Below are positions 19,942 to 28,671 of a stretch of DNA of 64,000 nucleotides, one piece after another. The stretch is from an uncultured Candidatus Saccharibacteria bacterium. GTDB lineage: Bacteria; Patescibacteriota; WWE3; UBA101185; UBA10185. The DNA lies in contig CAZEBU010000001.1 of assembly GCA_964510435.1 (NCBI GenBank), forward strand, positions 234,503 to 298,502. Direction: 5' to 3'. The translations under genes and the position numbers were made by a program. The notes under the pieces are model-generated. The model saw only the letters and a program-made list of their open reading frames with translations. It made no database searches and was not told the origin of the DNA. The stretch's first letter is position 1. Each line of letters opens with the position of its first letter.

Positions 19942-21134
19942 ACAGCTAGTTTCAAGATCCAAAACGCTAAAATAAGATAAACGAGGGTAGTTCCGAACTG
20001 AAGGTACAAAAATCCCGACCAGGACAACAAAAACATCAAAATCAGGAAGCTGTAGAGCCTTCTATTATCGGATTTTCTGTAGAAATCACTGCTAACTAAG
20101 TACAAGGGCAAAAGAAAAACTACTATGTCAACCGGCATAGTGTGCAGGTTGATCAAAGGGGTGAAAAAAACTATGGCTGCAAAGGCCAAGTCTTTATTAA
20201 TGTATTCGTTTTTCTTAGCAAGCGTAAGTAAAACTGCTCCATAAAGAAGTAAGTTTACTATAACTGTTGTAACCTTAAGATAAGTACTGTTGCTTATTAA
20301 TAACGATAAGGACGAGCTGAGGTTATAGTTGAGTAATACGTTAGTTCCGTAACTTACCGACTCGCTGAGAAAGAGAAACTTTGGGTAGGTAGTTAAAAAC
20401 CCAATTCCATATAAACCAATATTTAACACCACCAGAACCGCCAGCGAAGAAACTATTCCAATCAACAAGCTCTTCACTTTCTTATCCTTCGAAAAAAGAA
20501 CCACCAACATAGGAATAATGATAAGGAACTGAGGTTTTAAAAGTACGAACCCTACAACTAAACCTGCTAACAGCATTCGTCTATTTTTAATAAAATAATA
20601 TGTTAAGGAAATGATCAACAGGATCAATAGAGAGATTTGGCCTGCGCTGACGTTACTCCAAATAGGTATATACCAGGGAAGTGCTAACAGGAGGTAAAAC
20701 CAGATTTTTTTATCGACAGTTACCATTTTGTAGTATACTGCCAGAATTAAGACGACCAGAATTATATTAACAAGAGCCAAAGGGTAAAAAGCTTCCGTGT
20801 AACTCATTTCGGCTAACGGACGCACTAGGAGCCCCGTTATGGGCGGCGCTCTGAAGGCTAGTATTCCCTTCATTTTTTCTAACCCGGCAAGCTCACTCTG
20901 AGTTTCTACTTGGGCATCCCAATCGTAGAGTTTTTTTATGCCCTCATCTTTTATTATCTTGGCACCCGTATAGTACATGAGAAAATCCGGAGGGTTATTA
21001 TCTTCGATCCAGTTCCTTCCTACTCGCACCTTTATCTTATTTGTCATGGATTCCAAAAGGAAAAGTGAAGCAAATATTAAAAATGCCGTAAGGAGGAGAG
21101 TTTTTATTTTTCTAGTACTTGGAGCATTAATCAT
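19920..21134 (-). CDS. GT87 (DUF2029) family membrane glycosyltransferase
   Basis: DFLMYYTGAK, PP, GQIS and LLKPQ motifs; polytopic. Confidence 0.85.
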   Translation of the reverse strand: MINAPSTRKIKTLLLTAFLIFASLFLLESMTNKIKVRVGRNWIEDNNPPDFLMYYTGAKIIKDEGIKKLYDWDAQVETQSELAGLEKMKGILAFRAPPITGLLVRPLAEMSYTEAFYPLALVNIILVVLILAVYYKMVTVDKKIWFYLLLALPWYIPIWSNVSAGQISLLILLIISLTYYFIKNRRMLLAGLVVGFVLLKPQFLIIIPMLVVLFSKDKKVKSLLIGIVSSLAVLVVLNIGLYGIGFLTTYPKFLFLSESVSYGTNVLLNYNLSSSLSLLISNSTYLKVTTVIVNLLLYGAVLLTLAKKNEYINKDLAFAAIVFFTPLINLHTMPVDIVVFLLPLYLVSSDFYRKSDNRRLYSFLILMFLLSWSGFLYLQFGTTLVYLILAFWILKLAVKKANVH

Positions 21135-21315
21135 TTAGGTGTTTTCATTATCGCATTTGTGTTTGGGGAAATTAAGTCCGGTTTGACTAGAATCTAGGTA
21201 TTAGTAAGGAGGTGAGTTTAACTATATTATAATATAGGTCTACACACCGGTATACTAGAGGTTTGTATACTAGTTAAGGCCGCAGCCCAAGTAGATAAAT
21301 AATTGTGGATAACCT

Positions 21316-21993
21316 ATGGAAAACCTAGTAAACACATTTTTTCCGGCAAAATGCTTTAACTGCGGGGAAAATTACGGAGATATTTGTCGTGCATGCCTAA
21401 ACGAGTGCTTAATTGCCAGAAATTTCTATTGTATAGTCTGTGACAAACCTGTGGTAAAGGGTAAAACTCATGTAAAGTGTGAAGGCAACTTTACCCCAAG
21501 AAGTATCTTTAGTGCCTTTGAGTACTCAGGCATAGTGAGAAAATGCATAAAAACAGCAAAATATCGATCCAAAACCTTTGCGCCACTAAAGAAATTAGCT
21601 CTAGAGGCCGCTAAAATGGCTTCTACCTGCAATTTACAGTACCAAGGATACACAGTAACCTCCATTCCTCTCAGCCGAAAAAGAAACAAAGAGAGAGGGT
21701 TTAACCAGGCAGGATTAATTTTATCAGCCATAGCTAGGCAGTATGATCTATCCCATAGGGAGTCTATTTTAGCTAGAAAAAAGCAGACCAAAGCTCAGTA
21801 CGGCCAGGCAAGAAAAGAGAGGTTTGAGAATTTGCGAGGAGCGTTTGTTTGTAATAGAAATATTAAAGGTCAGAAAATACTCTTAGTAGATGATATTTGC
21901 ACAACGGGAGCCACTTTGCTGGAGGCGTCTAAGGTTTTACGCAGTGCAGAAGCCCAGGAAGTGCAGTGTTTTACCTTGGCTAAAAAGTTTTAG
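21316..21993 (+). CDS. comF: ComF family double zinc-ribbon/phosphoribosyltransferase protein
   Basis: CxxC pairs, ERGFNQA, ERFENLRGAF, ILLVDDICTTGATL. Confidence 0.93.
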   Translation: MENLVNTFFPAKCFNCGENYGDICRACLNECLIARNFYCIVCDKPVVKGKTHVKCEGNFTPRSIFSAFEYSGIVRKCIKTAKYRSKTFAPLKKLALEAAKMASTCNLQYQGYTVTSIPLSRKRNKERGFNQAGLILSAIARQYDLSHRESILARKKQTKAQYGQARKERFENLRGAFVCNRNIKGQKILLVDDICTTGATLLEASKVLRSAEAQEVQCFTLAKKF

Positions 21994-22063
21994 TTTTTTC
22001 CCGCAATCTCATTAATCACGTAGTGATGTATCGCACTTAGTGCGATATAATATAGCGGTAATT

Positions 22064-22150
22064 GGAGGGTTGGCAGAGTGGTAATGCAGCGGCTTGCTAA
22101 GCCGTGACCGTTAATACGGTCCGTGGGTTCGAATCCCGCACCCTCCGCCA
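22064..22150 (+). tRNA. tRNA-Ser(GCT)
   Basis: GGAGGGT/ACCCTCC-GCCA; anticodon arm GCGGC-TTGCTAA-GCCGT; long variable arm. Confidence 0.95.
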
Positions 22151-22201
22151 TGATCACAGCCAAGTGTGTTTTATTTACGAATAAGCTATACTTAACCTAA
22201 T

Positions 22202-22795
22202 ATGAAGGTAACCGACCTAACCGATTTAATAGGTGTGACAAACACAAAAAAGGATCAGCCGGTAGCGCCGGAAGAAGCGGAGTTTAGACGGGAAAACCTT
22301 GGATCTAAATCGATCTACTTATCTTGGGAAGCCAAACCTAGCGCTCCAACTGCCTCTATTGATCCCAGATTTAAAAAGACCTTCTTAGTCATTGGTGCTG
22401 TCGTGGGCTTGGTTCTTATGGTTATGGGAGAAGTGTTTTTGCTCCTGGTGATTGCCAGCTTGGTTTTTATTACCTACGTATTATCAAATAACCCTTTGGA
22501 AAGTTTTAAGTACGAATTAAGCAGTCACGGACTGAGTGTGCATGGGAATCATTACTATTGGGACGAAATGGAAAGGTTTTTCTTTACTAAGCATTTTGGT
22601 AGCGAAAATCTAGCTGTTGATCTAAAAGAAGGATTACCTGCCAGGCTTATTATTGCTTTTAACCACAACGATAAGGAAAAGATCACCGAAAGCATGAATA
22701 AGCATCTTCCTTATTTGGAGGAGGAGCCCTTGAATTTTATGGATAAAGCGTATACAGGTATTTTAGGCAAGTTTGATTTCCAAAAGAAAAAATAG
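22202..22795 (+). CDS. Two-TM membrane protein with C-terminal PH-like domain
   Basis: Central TM pair, YELSSHGL...YYWDEMERF. Confidence 0.7.
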   Translation: MKVTDLTDLIGVTNTKKDQPVAPEEAEFRRENLGSKSIYLSWEAKPSAPTASIDPRFKKTFLVIGAVVGLVLMVMGEVFLLLVIASLVFITYVLSNNPLESFKYELSSHGLSVHGNHYYWDEMERFFFTKHFGSENLAVDLKEGLPARLIIAFNHNDKEKITESMNKHLPYLEEEPLNFMDKAYTGILGKFDFQKKK

Positions 22796-22814
22796 TAGTC
22801 TCCCCATATATAAT

Positions 22815-22890
22815 GCACCCGTAGTTCAGTGGATAGAACGCAGCGTTGCGGACGCTGAGGTCGGGGGTTCAAATCCCTCCGGGTGCGCCA
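22815..22890 (+). tRNA. tRNA-Arg(GCG)
   Basis: GCACCCG/CGGGTGC-GCCA; CAGCG-TTGCGGA-CGCTG. Confidence 0.95.
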
Positions 22891-22912
22891 AAGTTGTTAC
22901 ACAGGCTTATTT

Positions 22913-22989
22913 GGGCCGTTAGCTCAGTCGGCTAGAGCGTCGCATTCGCATTGCGGAGGTCGGGGGTTCGATTCCCCCACGGTCCACCA
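22913..22989 (+). tRNA. tRNA-Ala(CGC)
   Basis: GGGCCGT/ACGGTCC-ACCA with G3-U; TCGCA-TTCGCAT-TGCGG. Confidence 0.95.
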
Positions 22990-22997
22990 AGAATTTT

Positions 22998-23089
22998 GGA
23001 GGGGTGCGAGAGTGGTTTAATCGGCTGGTCTCGAAAACCAAGCGCTTGCGAGAGCAGGCACGAGGGTTCGAATCCCTCCCCCTCCGCCA
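22998..23089 (+). tRNA. tRNA-Ser(CGA)
   Basis: GGAGGGG/CCCCTCC-GCCA; TGGT-CTCGAAA-ACCA; long variable arm. Confidence 0.93.
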
Positions 23090-23135
23090 TGAAAAGTAGA
23101 TATTGTCTTGAGCTAACCACCTAGCTGTAAAAACC

Positions 23136-23164
23136 TTTACCTTCAGAGAACCCCATAGTATAAT
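23136..23164 (+). promoter_or_regulatory. sigma70 promoter with CCCATAG box abutting -10
   Basis: TTTACC-17-TATAAT; CCCATAG at 23152-23158. Confidence 0.7.
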
Positions 23165-23221
23165 ATTACACAACATTTCAAAATAACCGAGAAGAATAAA
23201 ACAAATCAAGAAGGAGGCGAC

Positions 23222-23680
23222 ATGCCTGTGTTCCCGCAATTTATTAGAAGGAGCGAGAGACTCTACGCGATTCTCGAGGAGTTTGTCGACAGTTTCTTAG
23301 GCAGCACTGTCGAGGAGATTCAGGAGGCACTGGACTATTACGCTGGCGAAGACTTTACAGGGGAGACGCCTAAGAAACCGGTTTACATACATGCTGAGAG
23401 CGTTTCCTACGATGAGGTGGAGGGTACAGTCACTGTGTCAGTCGATGGTCAGGAGTATGCCTCAAGGGACTTGGCACATGTCAAGCTGGATCTTTTTTAC
23501 GAAGACAAGCATATCACTAGATCCAGAAAATCCAGACTGTCTCTTTGGCATCGTAAGGGGGTGGAAGACAAGTATGAAGGTGAGGTAAGCTTCTACTACT
23601 GCGACGCGCAAGATGATGCTGGAAGGTTCATGCGAATCTGGTTCTCTGAAGGCGAAGCACCTCACTCCTTGATATCCTGA
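23222..23680 (+). CDS. Hypothetical acidic protein (orphan unit)
   Basis: AAGGAGG SD, 152-aa ORF, hairpin terminator at about 23684-23725. Confidence 0.75.
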   Translation: MPVFPQFIRRSERLYAILEEFVDSFLGSTVEEIQEALDYYAGEDFTGETPKKPVYIHAESVSYDEVEGTVTVSVDGQEYASRDLAHVKLDLFYEDKHITRSRKSRLSLWHRKGVEDKYEGEVSFYYCDAQDDAGRFMRIWFSEGEAPHSLIS

Positions 23681-23730
23681 AACAAACCCCTCATTGGTAG
23701 ATTCTATTTGCCATGAGGGGCTTTTTATAT

Positions 23731-23759
23731 TTGACCAGTGTTAAATCCTATAGTACAAT
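23731..23759 (+). promoter_or_regulatory. sigma70 promoter with CCTATAG box abutting -10
   Basis: TTGACC-17-TACAAT; CCTATAG at 23747-23753. Confidence 0.75.
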
Positions 23760-23799
23760 TACCCAATCCTACAAATACCATCAACAAGAAAAGGAGAGG

Positions 23800-24201
23800 A
23801 TGATGGGTATGCAGTATTCGCGTACGTTTTCGGAGGAAGTTCGTCAGGCTCTTGATGAGCACGATCAGTTGGAAGCCGAGAAGGAAGCCGGTTTGGTGGC
23901 CGAAACGGCAGATTTGGACAGTCTGTATGAGGAGGTTTGGTGGCAAGAGTTTGTCAACCATTTCTATTGTGAAGACATCGAAGCTCTGAGGCGATCTGAA
24001 GCACAAGAGATCGAAGAGGCTTGGGAAGATCCTATGGCCCACGGATTCTACGATGACGATTCTTGGTACTGGGATCCGGTGGATTCGGTGGATTTGGACT
24101 CAGAACAACCAACTAGGTTCTCCAGGAGCATTATGGTGCGCAATGCGAAGAGGCTTTTTGAGGCTGTCGAACGCCGCCTTCGCACTCGTTTTATACAGTG
24201 A
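23800..24201 (+). CDS. Hypothetical acidic protein (orphan unit)
   Basis: AAGGAGAGG SD before ATG cluster at 23800-23811; start revised from 23713. Confidence 0.7.
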   Translation: MMGMQYSRTFSEEVRQALDEHDQLEAEKEAGLVAETADLDSLYEEVWWQEFVNHFYCEDIEALRRSEAQEIEEAWEDPMAHGFYDDDSWYWDPVDSVDLDSEQPTRFSRSIMVRNAKRLFEAVERRLRTRFIQ

Positions 24202-24285
24202 GCTAATTGAGCGTTCATCGCTCTTAGCTAACTCCTCTCGACCCCCGCTATTTCTGGTTAGTGCCATTAGCGGGGGTTCTTTTTT
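24201..24285 (+). repeat. Double-hairpin 3' element, copy 1
   Basis: AGCTAATTGAGCGTTCATCGCTCTTAGCT, then CCCCCGCTA...TAGCGGGGGTTCTTTTTT. Confidence 0.7.
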
Positions 24286-24342
24286 CGTGTTAGAATAGCC
24301 AACAAATAAATCATCCAAAGAAAAAATAGAAAGGAAGTTGAT

Positions 24343-25002
24343 ATGACCATCACATCGGCAAGAATCGCGCTTGATTTAGGTGATGATGTACGTGTTTCAC
24401 CGCCGGATTGGCCAAACAGCCAACTTAGTGTTAAGCCCGGAGATCTTTCAATGATCGCACCAAGCGGGGAAGGCATCTATGGCTATGAGGATAAGGAGGA
24501 GAGAAATTTCCTTCTGAGCGCACCCAGATTTGAGGCTTGCGGCGGAAGTTTTTATTTTGTCAACGGTGTTTCAAAAGCTGATTTTGAGGCTCTCATGAGG
24601 GTTTTGAGAATTGAACAACGTTTTGGAAAATCAGAGAAACCCTCCAAGGATCACGCTGTATTCGTCTATGAGTCAGCAGAGCCTGGCGAAGATGGGTATC
24701 TTGCCCAGTTGAGGATAGTCTCCAGGTTTGGACTTCAATTTATGTTTGGAGCACTCGCTGAAGGTGAGTACGAAAAGTTTCCTGAGCAAAAATTAACTAT
24801 GACGGAAACTTTCTGGTTGTTCATGGAACACGAACGCAATCGCTGGGGCACCGAGTTTTGGCACGACGGCAGAGGCCTGCGCGGTCTCTTTGGAGGTGAT
24901 GGAGACTTTGCACGTGAGGAGCTATCCTTTGGCTTCATGGTGGAGAACGACTACCACCAGATCTATCGTATCTGGTCTCGTGCGTGGCTAGTCACCAAGT
25001 AA
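24343..25002 (+). CDS. Hypothetical protein (orphan unit)
   Basis: AAAGGAAG SD; 219 aa; C-terminal FGGDGDFARE.L.FGFMVEN..YRIWSRAWLV looks like a conserved block. Confidence 0.8.
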   Translation: MTITSARIALDLGDDVRVSPPDWPNSQLSVKPGDLSMIAPSGEGIYGYEDKEERNFLLSAPRFEACGGSFYFVNGVSKADFEALMRVLRIEQRFGKSEKPSKDHAVFVYESAEPGEDGYLAQLRIVSRFGLQFMFGALAEGEYEKFPEQKLTMTETFWLFMEHERNRWGTEFWHDGRGLRGLFGGDGDFAREELSFGFMVENDYHQIYRIWSRAWLVTK

Positions 25003-25086
25003 GCTGATTGAGTGCTCATTACTTTCAGCTAAGCATCGCCCTCGTTACATTTAGTAATATTCATTTGTAACGGGGGTTCTTTTTTT
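25002..25086 (+). repeat. Double-hairpin 3' element, copy 2
   Basis: AGCTGATTGAGTGCTCATTACTTTCAGCT, then CCCTCGTTACA...TGTAACGGGGGTTCTTTTTT. Confidence 0.7.
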
Positions 25087-25106
25087 CCAAAACTGATATT
25101 ATTTAC

Positions 25107-26633
25107 TTGATGAAGACAAAATATCTACCATTTTTAATCAGCCTAGCGCTGCTTTTTTATTTTGGTCTATTTTTTGCACAAAAAATTAATCTTACCACTG
25201 CAGATTTGGGACGACATATTATCAATGGCAAAGTTTTTTTAACTCAAGGCAAAGTGATCTCCACCAATTTTTACTCATATACACAACCGGATTTTCCTAC
25301 CGTAACTCATCACTGGTTTAGTGGGGTAGTTTTCTATCTTGTCGAAAAAGCTGCTGGCTTCACCGGATTATCAATTTTCTATGTCCTGATAAGCGGTTTA
25401 ACTGCCTTGCTTTTCTTAAAAACAGCGCAGGAAAGATCCAACTTCGGTACAGCCCTATTTTTTACCATCTTGGTGATCCCTCTATTGGCAGATAGAAAAG
25501 AAATCAGACCGGAAGGATTTAGTTACCTGTTCATGGGGCTTTATTACTACATACTGATTTTATACAAAAAAGGGAAGATCAGTTTCAGACTGCTTCTGCC
25601 TGCAATCCTAATTACACAGCTACTCTGGGTTAATATGCATCTGTTTTTCGTTATGGGAATTTTCATGGTGGCTGTTTTTACCGCTAAGGAATTTATCGAA
25701 AAGCATTTTTACGGGAAGAAAAGTTACTATAAAAAGCTAGGATTGCTGCTGGTGTTGATGACGCTGGTTAGTTTAATCAATCCTTACGGAATCCATGGTT
25801 TGCTTGAACCTTTTAATATCCTAAAAGAGTACGGTTACATGATCATTGAAAATCAAACCATCTTATTTATGCAGAAAAGAGCCCCTAGTTTTAAGTATTT
25901 TTACATTGAAGCCTTGTCCATAGTTTTTTTGATCACGGCAATACAAAGTATATTAGTTAAGAGGTGGAGAAGCTATTTTATTTCCGGTCTGTTAACACTT
26001 ACCTTCTTAGTTTTGGCTTTTCGAGCTATAAGAGGAATACCTCTATTTGCATTATTTTTCATACCCTTTATGTCCCAGTATTTCTACACGAATTTTAAAA
26101 AACAGAGTGAGAAGTTAGTGGTTTTTTCTGTGGTTGCTTTCATATTAACCCTTATTCCCGGGCACTTTTTTTCCGTTAGTCAGCCTGGGTTTGGTTTTGG
26201 GATAATCCCTGGGGTAAATGATTCGGCGGAATTTGTTAAGCAAAACAAAATAGGTGGGCCCATCTTTAACAACTACGACATTGGCGGCTACCTAATCTAC
26301 CACTTTAACGACCAAGAAAAAGTCTTTGTAGATAACAGGCCTGAATCATACAGTGTGGAGTTTTTTAAAGACTTGTATGTTCCTAGCCAGGAAAACGAAG
26401 AAAAGTGGCAGGAAACCCTGGAAACTTATGATTTTAACGTCATCTACTTTTACCGCCGTGATGCAACTCCGTGGGCTCAGCCGTTTCTCATAGAGAGAAT
26501 CAAGGATGACACATGGGTGCCCGTATTCGTCGATAATTATGTTTTAATTTTAGTTAGAAATAATGAAAAAAATAAGGGTATAATAGAATCCCACGAGATT
26601 CCCAAGAGTGTCTTTGTAGTAACACCATCATGA
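25107..26633 (+). CDS. Polytopic membrane protein, GT-C glycosyltransferase-like
   Basis: DLGRHI..G, RPE, WVNMH, NPYG, FNNYDIGGYL, VFVDNRPE; many TMs; coupled to manC. Confidence 0.7.
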   Translation: MMKTKYLPFLISLALLFYFGLFFAQKINLTTADLGRHIINGKVFLTQGKVISTNFYSYTQPDFPTVTHHWFSGVVFYLVEKAAGFTGLSIFYVLISGLTALLFLKTAQERSNFGTALFFTILVIPLLADRKEIRPEGFSYLFMGLYYYILILYKKGKISFRLLLPAILITQLLWVNMHLFFVMGIFMVAVFTAKEFIEKHFYGKKSYYKKLGLLLVLMTLVSLINPYGIHGLLEPFNILKEYGYMIIENQTILFMQKRAPSFKYFYIEALSIVFLITAIQSILVKRWRSYFISGLLTLTFLVLAFRAIRGIPLFALFFIPFMSQYFYTNFKKQSEKLVVFSVVAFILTLIPGHFFSVSQPGFGFGIIPGVNDSAEFVKQNKIGGPIFNNYDIGGYLIYHFNDQEKVFVDNRPESYSVEFFKDLYVPSQENEEKWQETLETYDFNVIYFYRRDATPWAQPFLIERIKDDTWVPVFVDNYVLILVRNNEKNKGIIESHEIPKSVFVVTPS

Positions 26634-27709
26634 AAATAATTGTTTCAGCTGGAGGACAGGGTACGAAGATCTGGCCTTTTAGCACTAAAAAACAACCTAA
26701 GCAGTTTCAGAAGATCATCGGTCAGGAATCCCTTTTTACTCATAATGTGAAAATGCTTCTAAATAAATATCGGCCGGAGGATATTTTTATTTCCACCAAG
26801 AAGATGTACAAAAAGCTTGTTAAAGAGCAGGCGCCCAAGATTCCTGAGGAGAATCTGCTCATTGAACCTGATATTGCTAAGGGCAGGGGACCTGCGGAAG
26901 GCTTTGTATTTTTGCTGCTGTCGTTGAAACACTCTACTGAGGTATTTACCATATTGCAAGCCGACTGCATGTACCTGCCGGCAAACAAGTATTTAGCCAC
27001 TCTGGAATTTATGGAAAAAATTGTCAAAAGAGACCAAAAGTTTATCTCCGGAGGTCTAGTGCCCACCTTTCCGGTAATTGGCGTGGATTATCTTTCCTTG
27101 GGAGAAAAGGTGGAGTCAGACGACTGGATGGATATTTACAAAGTAAAGAAGTTTTTAGGTAGAAAAAAGGATTATGAAGAAACAGCTAAGCTTATAAAAG
27201 AAAAAAACGTGGTCATGCACACTAATCTTAACACCTGGTTTCCCGATTTGATGTTGCAAGCCTACGGAAAATACAGACCGGACTGGTTCGAAAAACTAAT
27301 GGAAATTAAAGAGGTGCTTGAAAACAAGGGTTCCGAAAAAGAAATTGAGGAAATATTTTCCCAAATGGAACCAGGATCTACGGAAGAAGTTACGCGCTAT
27401 GTCTTTGAAGAGGGATATACTGTTACCTATCCTTTCAAATGGTTTGATATTGGCACTTGGGACTCAGTTTATAAGTACCTAGCGCGGAAAAACCAGGTTT
27501 ACAAAGAAGGAAACGTTGTGGCGTTGGAATCTTCGGGAACATTGGTAAAAAGTACAGATCCTAAGAAGCTAATTGCCGTACTGGGTTTGGAGGACATGGT
27601 TATAGTGGATACCGAGGAGGTGTTATTTATTGCCCCCAGGGATAAGGTAGGAAATATCAAAGATGTGCATCAGAAACTTATTGATAAAGGTTTGGAAAAA
27701 TTTTTATAG
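26630..27709 (+). CDS. manC: Mannose-1-phosphate guanylyltransferase-like sugar nucleotidyltransferase
   Basis: AGGQGTKIWPFS...PKQF, IEP, WFDIGTW, C-terminal beta-helix LIAVLGLEDMVIVDT. Confidence 0.85.
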   Translation: MKIIVSAGGQGTKIWPFSTKKQPKQFQKIIGQESLFTHNVKMLLNKYRPEDIFISTKKMYKKLVKEQAPKIPEENLLIEPDIAKGRGPAEGFVFLLLSLKHSTEVFTILQADCMYLPANKYLATLEFMEKIVKRDQKFISGGLVPTFPVIGVDYLSLGEKVESDDWMDIYKVKKFLGRKKDYEETAKLIKEKNVVMHTNLNTWFPDLMLQAYGKYRPDWFEKLMEIKEVLENKGSEKEIEEIFSQMEPGSTEEVTRYVFEEGYTVTYPFKWFDIGTWDSVYKYLARKNQVYKEGNVVALESSGTLVKSTDPKKLIAVLGLEDMVIVDTEEVLFIAPRDKVGNIKDVHQKLIDKGLEKFL

Positions 27710-27725
27710 ACAAGAGTGCCTATGC

Positions 27726-27751
27726 TAAAATCACCAAGTAAAATCACCAAG
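27726..27751 (+). repeat. 13-bp tandem duplication in tRNA promoter
   Basis: TAAAATCACCAAG x2. Confidence 0.8.
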
Positions 27752-27762
27752 CCTTACTATTA

Positions 27763-27852
27763 GGAGGGATGCGAGAGCGGCTGAATCGGCTCGCCTGGAA
27801 AGCGACGCGCTCCGAAAGGGGCACGGGGGTTCGAATCCCCCTCCCTCCGCCA
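27763..27852 (+). tRNA. tRNA-Ser(GGA)
   Basis: GGAGGGA/TCCCTCC-GCCA; TCGC-CTGGAAA-GCGA; long variable arm. Confidence 0.93.
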
Positions 27853-27854
27853 CA

Positions 27855-28523
27855 CTAGGGCACCAGTAAATAAAAGATCACATACTGCAGGGGATAAAAA
27901 ACATAAAATAAATATTTTACTCTCGGACCGGGTTTGCCATTGTAAAAAGCCACAAAGAATAGGGAGATAAGTGCAAACGGTTGTATGATAGAAACCATAC
28001 TAAACGCAACTTGCTTAGTTAGTACCAAAATGGGAAGCAATCCAAAATAAATAGCGGATTGCGATAAGAGCATCATTTTAATATCTTCGAAATAGATATA
28101 AAAAGAAATAATGGATAAAACACCCAACATACCATAATCACTATCAATTAGCTGGGCTGTCGCTGAGTAGACCAGAACAGCGATAATTTTTACTAGATTA
28201 CTTTTCCCATCCCTGATCACTTTTATGCCTAGCAGTCCTAAAAACAAGGTAAAAAAAATGTTCAGCTGAGCAAACGAAACATCAATTGATCTAAAGGCAA
28301 TAGTGTAGGGAATTTGCGAGAGCAGAGAAAAGATAAAAAGTCTTTTTAAATAGGCATTGATGTCTTTTGTGTGCTTAGCGCCGTTGGCTATCATCCAGGC
28401 AAAAAGGGGAAAGGAAAGTCTTCCCAGTGCCCTAAGGAAAACTGCTTGAGGAAAAATGAAAACACCAATGTGGTCAATAGCCATAGCTAAAATAGCAATA
28501 ATTTTAATAGTGAAGGTATTCAT
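27855..28523 (-). CDS. TraX family membrane acyltransferase
   Basis: KIIAILAMAIDHIG, GRLSFPLFA, SQIPY, NIFFTL, DYG, YNGKPG, FYVFYP. Confidence 0.88.
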   Translation of the reverse strand: MNTFTIKIIAILAMAIDHIGVFIFPQAVFLRALGRLSFPLFAWMIANGAKHTKDINAYLKRLFIFSLLSQIPYTIAFRSIDVSFAQLNIFFTLFLGLLGIKVIRDGKSNLVKIIAVLVYSATAQLIDSDYGMLGVLSIISFYIYFEDIKMMLLSQSAIYFGLLPILVLTKQVAFSMVSIIQPFALISLFFVAFYNGKPGPRVKYLFYVFYPLQYVIFYLLVP

Positions 28524-28671
28524 ATCTTTACCGGCTCATTATATTACAGTTCTCGTGTGTATGAAAATGCTGTAATTAAGCCATAAAACGCCCAATAGGA
28601 GAAGTAATTATGACGCGTATGTTAAGTGTGTAGGTGTGCCTTTTTTCCTAAAGTATGCTATACAATCTGTA

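Noticed and set aside
19442-19962. Minus-strand ORFs over ssrA
   Set aside because: Antisense shadows of the tmRNA (WWRWGDSNP is the reversed T-arm/acceptor).
22919-23239. Minus-strand ORFs of 106 and 62 aa
   Set aside because: Antisense to tRNA-Ala and tRNA-Ser.
24199-25090. Canonical integron attC sites
   Set aside because: No convincing RYYYAAC...GTTRRRY boundaries and no IntI gene in the window; kept only as a non-canonical repeat.
28600-28627. dif site (GTATGTTAAGT resembles the XerD arm)
   Set aside because: No matching XerC arm at the correct spacing.
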